From Phyllobates terribilis (taxonomy: Eukaryota): a stretch of 64,000 nucleotides of DNA. A model generated the notes under the pieces. It did no database searches. It saw only the letters and a list, made by a program, of their open reading frames with translations, and was not told the DNA's origin. The stretch lies in contig NW_027362765.1 in the NCBI RefSeq assembly GCF_046119375.1, positions 166,718,001 to 166,782,000 of the forward strand. Direction: 5' to 3'. Shown piece by piece: positions 1-13,097 of this stretch. The position numbers and the translations under genes are program-made. Numbering within the stretch: the first letter of the stretch is position 1; every line of letters begins with the position of its first letter.

Positions 1-18
1 TATCCGTTCAGGGCGGAA

Positions 19-2628
19 TTGTTGCGGATCGCACACGAGATTCCGATGGCCGGACACCTAGGGATCGCTAAAACCAAGGCCAGGATAGCTCAGCATTTCT
101 ACTGGCCTGGGATGGGAGCCGCGGTGGGTGCCTACTGCCGTTCGTGTGACACCTGTCAGAGGGTGGGGAAGGCGGGGCCGCGCCCCAAAGCCCCACTGGT
201 AACTCTGCCAATCATCGAAGAGCCTTTCTCGAGGGTCGCTGTGGATCTTATTGGACCTCTGTCCACTCCCAGCCACTCCGGGAAATGCTTCATACTCACG
301 GTAGTGGACTATGCCACCCGGTACCCGGAAGCGGTAGCTTTGTCGTCCATTCGGGCCGACAAGGTGGCTACCGCCTTACTGGAGATCTTCTCCAGAGTGG
401 GTTTCCCCCAAGAAATGCTCACCGACCGAGGGACCCAGTTCATGTCGCGGCTGATGGAGTCCCTCTGTAAGCAAATGCAGGTGCAACATCTGGTGGCCAG
501 CCCGTATCACCCACAGACTAATGGCCTGTGTGAGCGGTTCAATGGCACCTTAAAGCAGATGCTTAAGATGTTGGTCGACTCCCACGGGAGAGACTGGGAG
601 CGCTACCTCCCACACCTCCTATTTGCTTACCGGGAGGTTCCGCAGGCCTCAACGGGGTTCTCCCCCTTTGAGCTCCTGTACGGGCGACGGGTACGGGGCC
701 CCCTGGCTCTGGTGAAGGAAGCATGGGAAGGGGATTTGGCCACCCCCGAGGTGTCGGTCATCGAGTATGTCGTGCGCCACCGGGACAGGATGATGGCCTT
801 GGCAAAGCTGGTGCAGGACAATATGGCCCAGGCCCAGGCCGACCAGAAGCGGTGGTACGACCAGAATGCTTGTGAGAGGACCTACCAGGTGGGTCAAAAG
901 GTGTGGGTACTGGTCCCCGTACCACAGAACAAGCTTCAGGCAGCCTGGGAAGGTCCCTACTTCGTGCACCAGAAACTCAATGCCGTCACCTATCTGGTCA
1001 CCCTGGATCACGCCCGTGGAAGGAGGAAGGCCTTCCACGTGAACATGATGAAGGCTCATCATGAGCGGGAAGCGACTGCCCACCCAGTGTGCAACCTTCC
1101 CGAGGAAGGAGAGGTAGAAACCCTCCTGGATCTGCTCACCCAAGCCAAGGCGGGTGGGTCCATCGAGGATGTGGGGGTTGGCCACCAGCTCACGGAGGAC
1201 CAACGGTCCCAGCTGGGGACCACCCTGCACCCCTTCCGGGGGCTGTTCAGCAGCCTGCCCGGAAGGACTGAGATGGCTGTCCACGACGTGGACACTGGCG
1301 ATCACCCGCCGATCCGGCGTTCAGCATATCGGGTCTCTTTCGAGGTGCAGGGAAACATGCGCCAAGAGATAGACGAGATGCTGAAGCTGGGGGTGATCCA
1401 GGCATCCAGCAGCGCGTGGGCCTCGCCTGTAGTCCTCGTACCAAAGAAGGACCGTACTACACGGTTCTGCGTGGACTACCGGGGGCTCAACGCTGTAACG
1501 GCCACCGATGCGTTCCCCATACCACGCATCGATGACCTGCTCGATCGGATGGCCGGGGCTAAGTACCTGACCATCATGGATCTGAGCCGGGGGTACTGGC
1601 AGATTCCTCTGACCCCCGCGGCAAGGGAACGCTCTGCCTTTATCACCCCTTTTGGACTGTACGAGTCCACAGTGATGCCATTCGGCATGAAGAATGCCCC
1701 TGCCACTTTTCAGCGGATGGTCAATACGCTGCTTGAGGGACTTGAAGGGTACGCGGCTGCGTACTTGGACGATATTGCAGTCTTCAGTCCCACTTGGGAG
1801 GATCACCTAGAGCACCTGCGGCAGGTGCTCGGTCGGATCCACCGGGCAGGCTTGACCATCAAGCCGGAAAAGTGCCAGCTGGGCATGAGTGAGGTCCTCT
1901 ACCTGGGTCACCGGGTAGGCGGGGGGGTTCTGAAGCCAGAACCGGGGAAAGTGGATGCCATCGCATCCTGGCCCACTCCTAGGACCAAAAAGCAGGTGAT
2001 GTCCTTCTTGGGGACCGCCGGGTACTATAGGAGGTTCGTCCCACACTATAGCACCCTGGCCAAGCCCCTGACGGACCTCACCAAGAAGAAGCTGCCCGTC
2101 GCAGTCGACTGGACAGTCGCCTGCGAGACAGCTTTCGGGGCACTCAAGGCCGCCCTAAGTAGCTCCCCTGTACTGCAAGCTGCCGACTTCGACCGGCCGT
2201 TTGTGGTACAGACCGACGCCAGTGACTTTGGCCTCGGTGCTGTGCTAAGTCAGGTCAACACGACAGGCCAGGAACATCCTGTCTTGTACCTGAGCAGGAA
2301 GCTACTGCCCCGGGAGGTGGCTTACTCCACGGTGGAAAAAGAATGCCTGGCAATTGTATGGGCCCTGCAGCGTCTGCAGCCCTACTTGTACGGGAGCCAT
2401 TTCACCGTGGAGACGGACCACAACCCCCTCAGCTGGTTACACACGGTCTCTGGGTCGAATGGCAGGTTGCTACGCTGGAGCCTCGCTCTCCAGCAGTACC
2501 ACTTCTCCATTCGCCACAGAAGAGGCCGTGACCACGGTAACGCTGACGGGTTATCCCGGCAAGGGGAGGGTGCAGAAGGACGCACGGGGGAACACAGGAA
2601 TGTGCTACCCCCTCGCGCCCTCGTATAG
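19..2628 (+). CDS. Gmr1-like Ty3/Gypsy pol, 3' part (integrase - reverse transcriptase - RNase H); the frame is open from the window edge, so the true start lies upstream
   Basis: Uninterrupted 869-codon frame. HHCC tail (HEIPMAGH...CRSCDTC), integrase DDE (VAVDLIGP / LTDRGTQF / GLCERFNGT), GPY motif (WEGPY), then RT (LVPKKD, RFCVDYR, YLDD), then RNase H (QTDASD, EKEC, ETDH). The INT-before-RT order is the Gmr1 clade hallmark. Confidence 0.93.
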   Translation: MLRIAHEIPMAGHLGIAKTKARIAQHFYWPGMGAAVGAYCRSCDTCQRVGKAGPRPKAPLVTLPIIEEPFSRVAVDLIGPLSTPSHSGKCFILTVVDYATRYPEAVALSSIRADKVATALLEIFSRVGFPQEMLTDRGTQFMSRLMESLCKQMQVQHLVASPYHPQTNGLCERFNGTLKQMLKMLVDSHGRDWERYLPHLLFAYREVPQASTGFSPFELLYGRRVRGPLALVKEAWEGDLATPEVSVIEYVVRHRDRMMALAKLVQDNMAQAQADQKRWYDQNACERTYQVGQKVWVLVPVPQNKLQAAWEGPYFVHQKLNAVTYLVTLDHARGRRKAFHVNMMKAHHEREATAHPVCNLPEEGEVETLLDLLTQAKAGGSIEDVGVGHQLTEDQRSQLGTTLHPFRGLFSSLPGRTEMAVHDVDTGDHPPIRRSAYRVSFEVQGNMRQEIDEMLKLGVIQASSSAWASPVVLVPKKDRTTRFCVDYRGLNAVTATDAFPIPRIDDLLDRMAGAKYLTIMDLSRGYWQIPLTPAARERSAFITPFGLYESTVMPFGMKNAPATFQRMVNTLLEGLEGYAAAYLDDIAVFSPTWEDHLEHLRQVLGRIHRAGLTIKPEKCQLGMSEVLYLGHRVGGGVLKPEPGKVDAIASWPTPRTKKQVMSFLGTAGYYRRFVPHYSTLAKPLTDLTKKKLPVAVDWTVACETAFGALKAALSSSPVLQAADFDRPFVVQTDASDFGLGAVLSQVNTTGQEHPVLYLSRKLLPREVAYSTVEKECLAIVWALQRLQPYLYGSHFTVETDHNPLSWLHTVSGSNGRLLRWSLALQQYHFSIRHRRGRDHGNADGLSRQGEGAEGRTGEHRNVLPPRALV

Positions 2629-2635
2629 GGGGAGG
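2627..2635 (+). other. Polypurine tract of the Gypsy element
   Basis: AGGGGGAGG overlaps the pol stop codon and directly precedes TG at 2636. Confidence 0.8.
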
Positions 2636-3841
2636 TGTGATGAACCTGTAGCCGCCATCTTGGTAATGATAAATCATATCCAGGGATGGCCACACTTCAG
2701 CAGCCCCCACCCTTGGGACCTTCTGTTAAAACGTCAACTAGATAGTTTCCCCCCATCCAGGCTCCTGTAAGATAAGAAGCCTACTTAACACTTGAATGCT
2801 AGGAGCTTCAAAGACTTCGAGAGGAAACACAGCCAGCAGGGGGGGGTGCTTCGTCTATCTGTACCTGACCATTTGTCCCATAGGACTAGTTTCTTTGTCT
2901 GTCACAAGCATGGAGGCATAAGATATAGAAACATGAATAGTACACGCATGTTGCGTGGGATGGGCCAATAAAAAAATATCACGGCGTCCCGGAGCCATTG
3001 CGCACACAAGCCTCCGCGGTAGACGTTTGTACGTGCTCTGGAAGCCAAGATATAGCGCGGAGCCATTCCTGAGGACCGTATGGTATCATAATTGATATCA
3101 AAAGGTCGGTTACGGCGGCCCGAATCCATGGGAACCCCTGGGGGTATCATGAGACCATCCCAGAAGAAGTTATTGGGTTCCATAGAATTTGGGCTTCTGA
3201 TCGAAGTTAGACCTGAGGGTGGAGACTGAGCCAGCTGACCTCACCAGCAGTGGGCGGGACGGGGCAGGTAAGATAGCAGGACAGACAAGAGACAAGTCAG
3301 TTTTTGACCCAAGAGTGGTGTGCTGAACATCTGAGCACCAGCTGAGGCCACCAAGGGGAGGAGCAGTTTGACCATGCGGTGGTAGGCCTCAGCCTGTAAC
3401 AAAGAACCGTGCCTGCGACCGCAGAATCCTCTCCCTGCGTCACAAGAAAATCAAGAAACCGGTAACTGATATGCTGTGGTGATTCTGTGTGTTGTATTCC
3501 ATTGTTGTATAGTTTAGCCTGACCTTATACCTGTGTATATTTAGTTGTATATCGTGTATCTAGTGTATTATTATAATCAATTACCTCAAGTAATTGTGGG
3601 CCTGCCTTTTATTCTGCATAACGAACGCACGTCCGTGTGAGCTCGGCTCAAGCCAAAACGCTACCCAGGGTTGGTTCCTGACCCGATATAGGCCCATTCA
3701 CGGACTGGGCGTATATCTAAAATAGGGACTGGTGGCAGCATACCAACTGGGGATTGGGGAAGGCTGGTAGTGACGGTCGGAGGTTCAGATATATATATTC
3801 CTGGCGCGGCCAAGGAAGATATATATACCGCCCTCACTACA
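2636..3841 (+). mobile_element. 3' LTR of the Gmr1-like element (right boundary approximate)
   Basis: Starts TGTGATGA right after the PPT. Best end is TCACTACA at 3834-3841, an imperfect inverted terminal match; an alternative end is GTTACA at 3868. The 5' LTR is outside the window, so the end cannot be confirmed. Confidence 0.55.
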
Positions 3842-4915
3842 GAGGGCCCCGATACCCAGTAGGTTACAGGACAGTCTCCCTGGCGACCGCTTATCCTAGG
3901 TGCAGTTCCTTGACTGACCTGAGGCTAAGAGGGCGCTAGCGAGTTGTGCTGTGTAGTGACGTTACGGTTTAGTGACGTTGAAGGGATAACACACTACCGT
4001 GTTCCCTGCGCTGGTTGCAGCTTCCTGGCACTACTTTCTCTAGGTGCAGTACCTTGACTGACCTGAGAGGTAAGGGGGCGCCAGAGAGCTGCACCCACCG
4101 GCCGGCTTTCATCACAGATAAGAAAGTGTTTTTGTTTGCATATATTATATATAGGGAGTGGGGAGGGCCTTCCAATAAGGGAGTCAATGGAAGGCTGTAG
4201 GGATATAGTTAATACACACTGGGTAAGATAAAGTTAAATGTTTGGGAATAGCCCACATACTGGGAGGAGTTAAAGCAAACAAAAAGGGGAAGCACTTCCT
4301 GAATAGGGGAATCTCAGACAGTGTTAGTGCAAGGTTCAAGGTCAGTTCAAGGAGAAGCAGCAATGGGCCCTAACAGTATCAAGCTTCCAAACAGCATGAG
4401 GGTGCATAGGAAGCCTAGCGCAAATCCTTGGACGGTCCGTGGCCAATTGCCCAGAATAGGCAGTGAAGTCCATGTCTCATTCTCTTCTAAGAGGAAGAGG
4501 CTAGTCGGGGAAGAGCAAGGTGGTGGGTCTCAGGAAAGCTGGGTTGCCAGGCAGGGAGTCCCTAGTGCCAGCAGAAGCTGTTGAGGTGGGGACAGTTCTG
4601 GCAGACCGGAGGCAGGACCTTGAAGCGTACTGTTGTGTGGGAACATCAACCAGAGGGGCTCTGCCCTATACTGTATGCCGCAGCCGAATGTATCTGAACT
4701 GTATAGAAAACCGAACCTGTTGAATCGGACCCAAGGTCTCCTGGTGTGTTACTAATCTCGGTCCCGAGGACAGCGATGCAGCAGAGGCTTCCGGCCTACA
4801 AGCAAGAGCAGAACGAATACAACACAGCACACATGGGAAAAATATCAGTTTACAAGTGGGGTGTCAAGGTGACGAGAAGTCAGAACCGGCCCACAGCACT
4901 GGCCCTGAGGCCCCC
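3842..4915. mobile_element. Probable LTR-derived repeat of another family
   Basis: GC-richer non-coding block with an internal direct repeat CTAGGTGCAGT(T/A)CCTTGACTGACCTGAG (~3896 and ~4039). No diagnostic ends identified. Confidence 0.3.
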
Positions 4916-4996
4916 TTCATCTATTTGATTGATACAAATACTATATAAAAGCAATTTATAAGATTTACTTTTTTTTGTGCTCAAACTTATTTTAAA

Positions 4997-5280
4997 CCCT
5001 CAACTGGTGAGGTGGGGTTTTTGTCACGCAACTGGTGATGTGGGGTTTCCTATACCCCAGTGTTTAGAATTTTCTTATTTTTACAGAAAATGCAAAGATC
5101 ACGTTTGTTTTAATCGTTTTCTTATTGGCGATTGATTACACATGAGTATAACAAATTTTTGACACCCACAAATGGATGGAAGCTAGTGAGACACGTATCC
5201 TCATACCAGCATTTTTCAATGAATGGCAGCCGAACAAAAATTCCATGGGGTGTGGCAAACCCCACCTTACCAGTTGAGGG
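4997..5280. mobile_element. piggyBac-like MITE
   Basis: TIRs CCCTCAACTGGTGAGGTGGGGTTT / AAACCCCACCTTACCAGTTGAGGG; TTAA on the right flank, TAAA on the left. Confidence 0.65.
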
Positions 5281-8200
5281 TTAAAAAAATACTGTGTAGC
5301 TCATGGATAGAGCATTTTTGGAAGAACTAGCTGAGTCCTATTGATGAGACTTTTTTAATTATTGATTAATATTTTCTCTGTACAGTCAAGTTCCCAGGGC
5401 ATTTTTAAGGTACAGGGAACACTGTCAAAATTAAACCCCCAAAAACAATGTCTATTTCCTGCTTTTTATTACATTATTTAGGGTCATCCAAAACTACAAT
5501 TTGTTCTATAAAGGATAATGAAAAAAATTACAAAGTCATGGCTCTCGGAAGAAGAGCAAAAATAGCTGTGTAAGAGCCATGAAACATTGTAAGGATTTTA
5601 GGCAATGCAGGGTTCTCCTCTAAAAGGAAGGGTCAGTAATGGACTTACAGGGGATAAGTATATATAGATTTCAGGAAAATGGAGGGATCTGAACCCCATT
5701 TTGTTCTCTCCATAGAGCAGCATCTCTCTGTATGGCACTACAAGTTGTATGAGGTTATTTAACCATACAGTGAAACATTATAAGAAAATCTCATAGACTG
5801 GGTTATGCCTGCAGCAGGGCTTAAAGGGGTGTTGAATGGAACAAGGTTTCAAAGAAAACCAAAGAGAAAATCCACATGATGCTCCACCACAATTGGCTTT
5901 GCCCTTGACATAACACAGTATCAGTTTTGCCTGGACTGTTTCTTTAAAACGTATTTTCCTGATTCTCTACGTCCCTGTTGTTGTTGATTGGGCAGAAGTT
6001 TATCTCCCCTGCTGTTGAAAAACTACAATTCCCAGCATGTCCCAACTCCCTACTGTAATAATAAAGTGGATAGTGGCAGTAAATATAGTCTACTAAGTTT
6101 TTGGATTGAATGGGTTTTATAAGAGACAACTATTCGAAAGCAGAAATGTCCTTACATCTATTGTCACTTCCCTCCCCCATTCTTCTTAGCAGGCTACACA
6201 ATCTACATTAGGCAACAGGGGGCGATGATGAGCACAGAATACAGAGCAACCAATTAATAATAGCTATGAGCAGCATCGGTCCGATAGTCTATTACATATA
6301 GGGGTCTCCCTACTATCTCCCAACAAATGATGTCGGGGAGAAGAAGCATGCGAGCATTTTAATTTCAATGGAGGCGTCTCATAGAGAGAGAACATTGGAA
6401 CCAAGCTGTGCGCTCCTGTGTACTGGTGCAGGGGTATAGCGAATAGCTATAAAATGTGTATGGGGGCCTTTAGTGACTATGTTGGGATATTTTTGGCGAA
6501 GGGAGAACCAATGCAAATACTGGGAAAGAATAGACCTTTTTCTTATTAAGTAGGTGAGTGTAATACGAGCCCATCTTCCCGGGCTGGCTGAGTCTCTCTG
6601 TACCAGAAACCCCATGTTGATCTGTTTACTTTTTATGATCTGTTGACTTTTACTGTTTCGCATTGAATTCTTTCACAAATATTGAATTCCAAAGTGCAAA
6701 TAACAACAAAAAGAGACCGAGAATCCCACAGACACCAGATCCATTATTCAGCTGTGTTAGTCAGGCACACAGTAATCTTGGGGATTACACTGTACACCTG
6801 AGAGTGCTGCTTTAAATTAGGGATAAAGACATTAATTAAGACAAAAATCTCAAGCCGTCTTGTTTATAAGGGATATTCTTAAAAAAATTAGTTATATGTA
6901 GAATAAGGGATAATTTGCTAATTCCTGGAGCTCTAACTGCTGGCACCACCAACGATCCCAAGATCGGGGCTCTGAAACCTTGACAATGGGGCTCTGCAGC
7001 CCAGTCCTGAATGGAGCGGATTTGCTCATACTCGACCTCCAGTCCATTCATTGTCTATGGGACAAGTAACCGAGTGCTCTACTCGGCTGTACTGACAATG
7101 AATGAAGCAGAGGCAAAGCATCAGGAAAGAGCGGCAGAGAGGTCTTCTCAGGGTTCCAGAGCACTTTTCTTGGGATCACTAGGGAGGCTCATTATTTGGA
7201 CCCGTTAATAGGGGAAAACTTGATTTTTTGGGGAATAATCCTTTAAAAAAGTGCTGCAATGCAGGACTTATAGGTCTTATCTGAGAAGCAAAAAAAAAGT
7301 CTGCCATCAGCACCACTCGTGCACAGGCTATACCTATAGTTACTGGATTCTTCAGGTTAGTACGATAACGGTGATACCAAACATGTATGTTTTTTTTGTT
7401 TTTTTTTACATAGTGAAAAAATATGTGCTGCTGTTAAAGGCAAATGCTGTGTACCACAGCCAGCATCTGCCAGGTATAGTGGAGATTCAACACCTCAGCC
7501 GCTCCATATACATGTACCCATCTTTGGACGTATCAGTATGCTCAATGTGAGGATGGGGTAAATCTCATCTTGGGCAAAAATGTCATCTTGTGGTTCTCAG
7601 GAAGTCAGAGACTGACTTCCTGTCCACACAGGAAAGCATGTATCGGTGGCTGGTGGTCAGACTGGAAATCACATGACACAGTTGCCCATAATAAGGAGAG
7701 AAGATGTATGAATGTATGAATATAATGAGTTCTCATGAAGCAAATTACGTAGCTAGAACATTGACGGTCAGCTAGAATAATAAGTGAAAAAAAATTGCTG
7801 GAGTGATACCTAAAGTAAATGGGGATCAGCAAAATATAAGACTAGATATGCACAGTAGGGGCGCTATTTCTGGTATAAAGTAGGCTTTTTTTTCTGATCT
7901 CAGGCTACCATATTAAGTGGCTATATATGGCCTACTCCCACAACTCATTTGTAAGAAAAACACGGATTATAGATTATTGGATTCACTAAAAAAAAAAAAT
8001 ATATGAACCTAGGATTTTACATCATCTGTGCTAAGGGATTACATCAAACAGGTATTGCTACAATGCTTAAAAGGGAGTACATACTATATCTATGTCCATA
8101 GAGCTAGCTACAGTGGTGTCTTGCTAAGAGACCTAAGGAATATTGTGGCCACGGATTATTTTGGCCCCCTATACACTCCAGAAAGATGTATATACTTTTT

Positions 8201-9583
8201 TACCCCTAGGTCCTGCCAGGCCCAATATTACAGTACATAAAATTTTTCAAATTTTTTTGCCCAATAGTTTGTGATCACATGAGAATTTGACCTCCATGAT
8301 CCAAACCTTTCTGCAAACAGAAATGGCCACGACCTTGAGGTTTTTGTTTTTTTTAGAAATAAAGACCCATTTCAATGGATTTACCATATTTTCATGTGTT
8401 TCCTCCACCAGTTAGACCACACAGGTGTGTTTGTTCCTGACTAAAGACACAGTCCACTCACTATGCAGGGAATTATCTCCATCCAAATGAATGGGGTTAT
8501 GTTATGTGTCGCAGCACACCAAGTGGCATGGAGAGCTGCTATTCAGGAAAAATTTCGTAGGGATCTCTACCCTTAATTTTTTCCAGTTGGTGTTAAGGAC
8601 CATAAGGTTCTGACTGAGGCCTTGTCAATGCAGTTAAATGACAAGTGACAAATCCCACACCAAGCTAATTCTTCCCTTATGAAGTAGATGATGTCTGCAG
8701 CGCTGTCTTGGGCTGTAAGAAGCTACGTGCATGATAACAACAGCCAAGTTTCTGGAGGAAAGACGTTAAAAAAATCCAGCTCTGGGTTGACTCCAGCAAA
8801 CCTCCCAACATTACAAATTGCCAAATAGGGACATTTTCTGTATAGATTAAACAAAGAGATACTTATATATATTCAGAGCCAGGAGGCCTGAGCTAGTGGT
8901 TTATGATTTAAATTTTCAACCTTAAAGTGGTTGTCTCACATGAAATATTTATAACGTATACTGTGGATATGCCGTGAAGGTATCACGTGAGACAACCTCT
9001 CTGATAAGTGTTTTCACACTGCATCTTTTTTTCTTCATTTATTATATACATTGAGAAAGGTTGTGGTGCATACAGTAAATAGGTCTATAAGCTCTAATTT
9101 ACTGTGTAAATGCCAATATTGCCCAAGCATTGGGGATCTTTTTGACTGTGTATAGAATAGTGCCTCAGGGTGAATTATTCCATACCATGGCATCTAATAA
9201 AATGAAAATACATATACCGCATAGAATTATTTTGTTTGCAATAGATGGTCATGGATGATGGATACCGCAGTATCACATCCATCACAGCCTTTCATTAGTC
9301 AATTAGCCATTCACAATGGAAACTTTCCTGGTGCATGCGTTTAACAGGAGGGAAAAAAACAGTGTGAAAAGAGTCTTAGCCTCAGAGAGGCTTATACAGC
9401 CCATCTGTGCAACCAGCCATTGGCGCACATGCGTGCAAGCTATCCCCTCGCCATGGTCTTGGGCTGGAGATGTATGGCAGAGGGCAGTATTAAGCCCCCT
9501 ATACATATTAGACTAATGTTGGGTGAACCCACAGATATCGACAGGTTCAGCTGACACTCCAGTGTATGTAAGGGCTCCATATA

Positions 9584-11210
9584 CAGTTAGGTCCATATAT
9601 ATTTGGACAGAGACAACATTTTTCTAATTTTGGTTCTAGACATTACCACAGTGAATTTTAAACAAAACAATTCAGATGCAGTTGAAGTTCAGACTTTCAG
9701 CTTTCATTTGAGGGTATCCACATTAAAATTGGATGAAAGGTTTAGGAGTTTCAGCTCCTTAACATGTGCCACCCTGTTTTTAAAGGGACCAAAAGTAATT
9801 GGACAATTGACTCCAAGGCTATTTCATGGACAGGTGTGGGCAATCCCTTCGTTATGTCATTCTCAATTAAGCAGATAAAAGGCCTGGAGTTGATTTGAGG
9901 TGTGGTGCTTGCATTTGGAAGGTTTTGCTGTGAAGTAAACATGCGGTCAAAGGAGCTCTCCATGCAGGTGAAACAAGCCATCCTTAAGCTGCAAAAACAG
10001 AAAAAACCCATCCGAGAAATTGCTACAATATTAGGAGTGGCAAAATCTACAGTTTGGTACATCCTAAGAAAGAAAGAAAGCACTGGTGAACTCATCAATA
10101 CAAAAAGACCTGGGCGCCCATGGAAGACAACAGTGGTGGATGATCGCAGAATAATCTCCATGGTGAAGAGAAACCCCTTCACAACAGCCAACCAAGTGAA
10201 CAACACTCTCCAGGAGGTAGGCGTATCAATATCCAAATCTACCATAAAGAGAAGACTGCATGAAAGTAAATACAGAGGGTTCACTGCATGGTGCAAGCCA
10301 CTCATAAGCATCAGGAATAAAAAGGCTAGACTGGACTTTGCTAAAAACATCTAAAAAAGCCAGCACAGTTCTGGAAGAACATTCTTTGGACAGATGAAAC
10401 CAAGATCAACCTCTACCAGAATGATGGAAAGAGAAAAGTATGGCGAAGACGTGGTACAGCTCATGATCCAAAGCATACCACATCATCTGTAAAACACGGC
10501 GGACACAGTGTGATGGCTTGGGCATGCATGGCTGCCAGTGGCACTGGGTCACTAGGGCAGAAGCAGCCGAATGAATTCTGATGTATTCAGAGCCATACTG
10601 TGTGCTCAGATCCAGCCAAATGCAGCCAAACTGATTGGTCGTCGTTTCATACTACAGATGGACAATGACCCAAAACATAAAACCAAAGCAACCCAGGGGT
10701 TTATTAAAGCAAAGAAGTGGAATATTCTTGAATGGCCAAGTCAGTCACCTGATCTCAACCCAATTGAGCATGCATTTCACTTGTTAAAGACTAAACTTCA
10801 GACAGAAAGGCCCACAAACAGCAACTGAAAACCACCGCAGTGAAGAGTGAAGGCATGGCAGAGCATCAAAAAGGAGGAAACACAGCGTTTGGTGATGTCC
10901 ATGAGTTCAAGACTTCAGGCAGTCATTGCCAACAAAGGGTTTTCAACCAAGTACTAGAAATGAACATTTTATTTACAATTATTTAATCTGTCCAATTACT
11001 TTTGGTCCCTTTAAAAACAGGGTGGAACATGTTAAGGAGCTGAAACTCCTAAACCCTTCATCCAATTTTAATGTGGATACCCTCAAATGAAAGCTGAAAG
11101 TCTGAACTTCAACTGCATCTGAATTGTTTTGTTTAAAATTCATTGTGGTAATGTCTAGAACCAAAATTAGAAAAATGTTGTCTCTGTCCAAATATATATG
11201 GACCTAACTG
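9584..11210 (+). mobile_element. Tc1-family DNA transposon, full length with long (222 bp) TIRs, defective
   Basis: TA duplication at 9582-83 and 11211-12. TIRs 9584-9805 and 10989-11210 start CAGTTAGGTCCATATATATTTGGACAG. Length 1627 bp. Confidence 0.95.
9941..10957 (+). pseudogene. Tc1 transposase pseudogene (DD34E type)
   Basis: MRSKELSMQVKQ... paired-like HTH with GRPWK. Catalytic motifs WTDET, QMDNDPKH, SPDLNPIEH. Frameshift near 10350, small deletion near 10555, further disruption near 10825. Confidence 0.9.
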
Positions 11211-13097
11211 TAACTGATTGTTGGGAGCGTTAAGGAAAAAGCATGTCTGATTTTGGACTGCCAATCCTTTTATTCTCCTGGAGATAAGCCGCCATCAGAC
11301 ATGTTTGGCGGCAGCTCTCTTAAAGAAAACCGAGGAGAGTTCAGCCGAACAAGAGCCGTCGTTGGTTGGTTCCAACAGAACCAATGTTCAGCTGACAGTC
11401 ATCTAATATGTATGGTGGGCTTTAGAAAAATGCTCTTGTTTTATATTAATCCTGCAGCTTTCTTTCATTGCCTAGATCAAAATTGCTGCAATGCAGAGTG
11501 ACCCATTACACGAGTAATGTCTGTACCCCTGGACTGTTACGTTGCATTTACACATGCGATATCAGGCCAATGAGACCAATATTACAGATTATAAAATTGG
11601 TCTGAGTTCGCCATTTCCTCATCTGTTGTAATCATCCAAAAATTAAACCCTCCTATTCCTTACAATGGAGCCGTCCTTCAGATATCTGTTTACTCTACAA
11701 TCATTGGGTTTGTAAGACAGATTTTTAAGCACGTCAGATTAATTTTCGGGCAGATGAGACAGATTTTAATCATATGAAATGGACATTTACACAGGTTAAT
11801 TTTGGTTCGGAATAGACAGAAGAAATGAGTGAATCGATTTGCGAACCCTGATCCCGCAGCCACGTCAGTGGTCCGTGGTTGCTGGACGGCAGACCTGTGA
11901 GCTGCCTCCCACCTGGCAGGATCCCTGGCGCCTCCTTTGTTATGTGGGCCATATGTCATCGTTGCGGACTTGAAGACTCCCATCCGGTGGCCAAGGCCAC
12001 TAGTATGGCTGCTGGACCAGGGTCATGCAGATCATCTCACTCATCTCTATTAGAAATTGGTCAGGTATTTAACATGTAAATGCACCTTTACATCAGACAC
12101 GGGACTGTTAAAAATGTATTGGGGGAAATCCTGCTAGCATTACAGATGGCAGATTAAAAGAAAAACAATAAATACATGTATGAAACCTACAAATTGCTTG
12201 TTATAAACCAACCAGGTACTTGCCAAAGCAATTGATTGATAGTAAAATTGTGACATAATCAATAAAATGAGAATAATCGTGAATGTCCAGTATTGAAACG
12301 TCTGGACAAATTCAATCACTCAGAGCGACTATAACTTAAAAAAATGAATCTATATGCCAATAGCATCGGGGGTGTATATATATATATATCATCCATTGGT
12401 GCTACTGGTGACTACTGCCTACATATAAAAAATGTGATTGCACCCAAATAATATGTCTAATAAGGGATATCCCTGTAGGAATTGGGACAAGGGCAGCATC
12501 CATCTCGTTGTAAGGACCAGATGTTGTAGACATCGTAGATGTTTCTGCCTACATTCTCTGCAGATCGCATATAATATATGATGCAGAACTGCTGTGCTAA
12601 TTCTGTAAGGAAAATAAAAAAAAATCAACCTGTCTCTTTATTCTACCAAGAATTTCCATTTGCCTGTAAAGGTTGACGCAATTTCATATGTAATTGTCCA
12701 ATCCCTACCCCAGTGCTTCATCTACCTACATACACGACTTGTCATTTAATCCTATAACTATATATGCAGATGTGGAGCTGCGATTAGGATCTTACAGAAC
12801 AGACATCAATTTTCCATAATTAACCCTGTAGAGTAAGGTATGAGAAACAACCCCAGTCCATTCCCATCCATCACACCACATGCGGGTAGCTGCACATTAC
12901 TATAAGCTATTGCTATACTAGTAAATCTGGGGCTAAAAGAGTTAAGAATTTCATTTGGTGGTATAGTATATCCTTTAGGCATTTCCTGCCTTTGAAGTGG
13001 GAGAGAGGAGGCAATTGCAAGTTCCTTAAGTCACAAGTTAAGAACAAGGTTGCATGAAGTTACTGTTTCCCTCTGCTCATTGTTGATTAATTCTCAC

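Noticed and set aside
3730-3739. TGGTGGCAGC, resembling the start of a tRNA-Leu primer-binding site
   Set aside because: Only 10 nt match, it is not preceded by an LTR-terminal CA, it lies downstream of pol, and no gag follows.
9603-11191. Two near-identical short ORFs (MDRDNIFLILVLD...) on opposite strands
   Set aside because: Translations of the left and right Tc1 TIRs, not genes.
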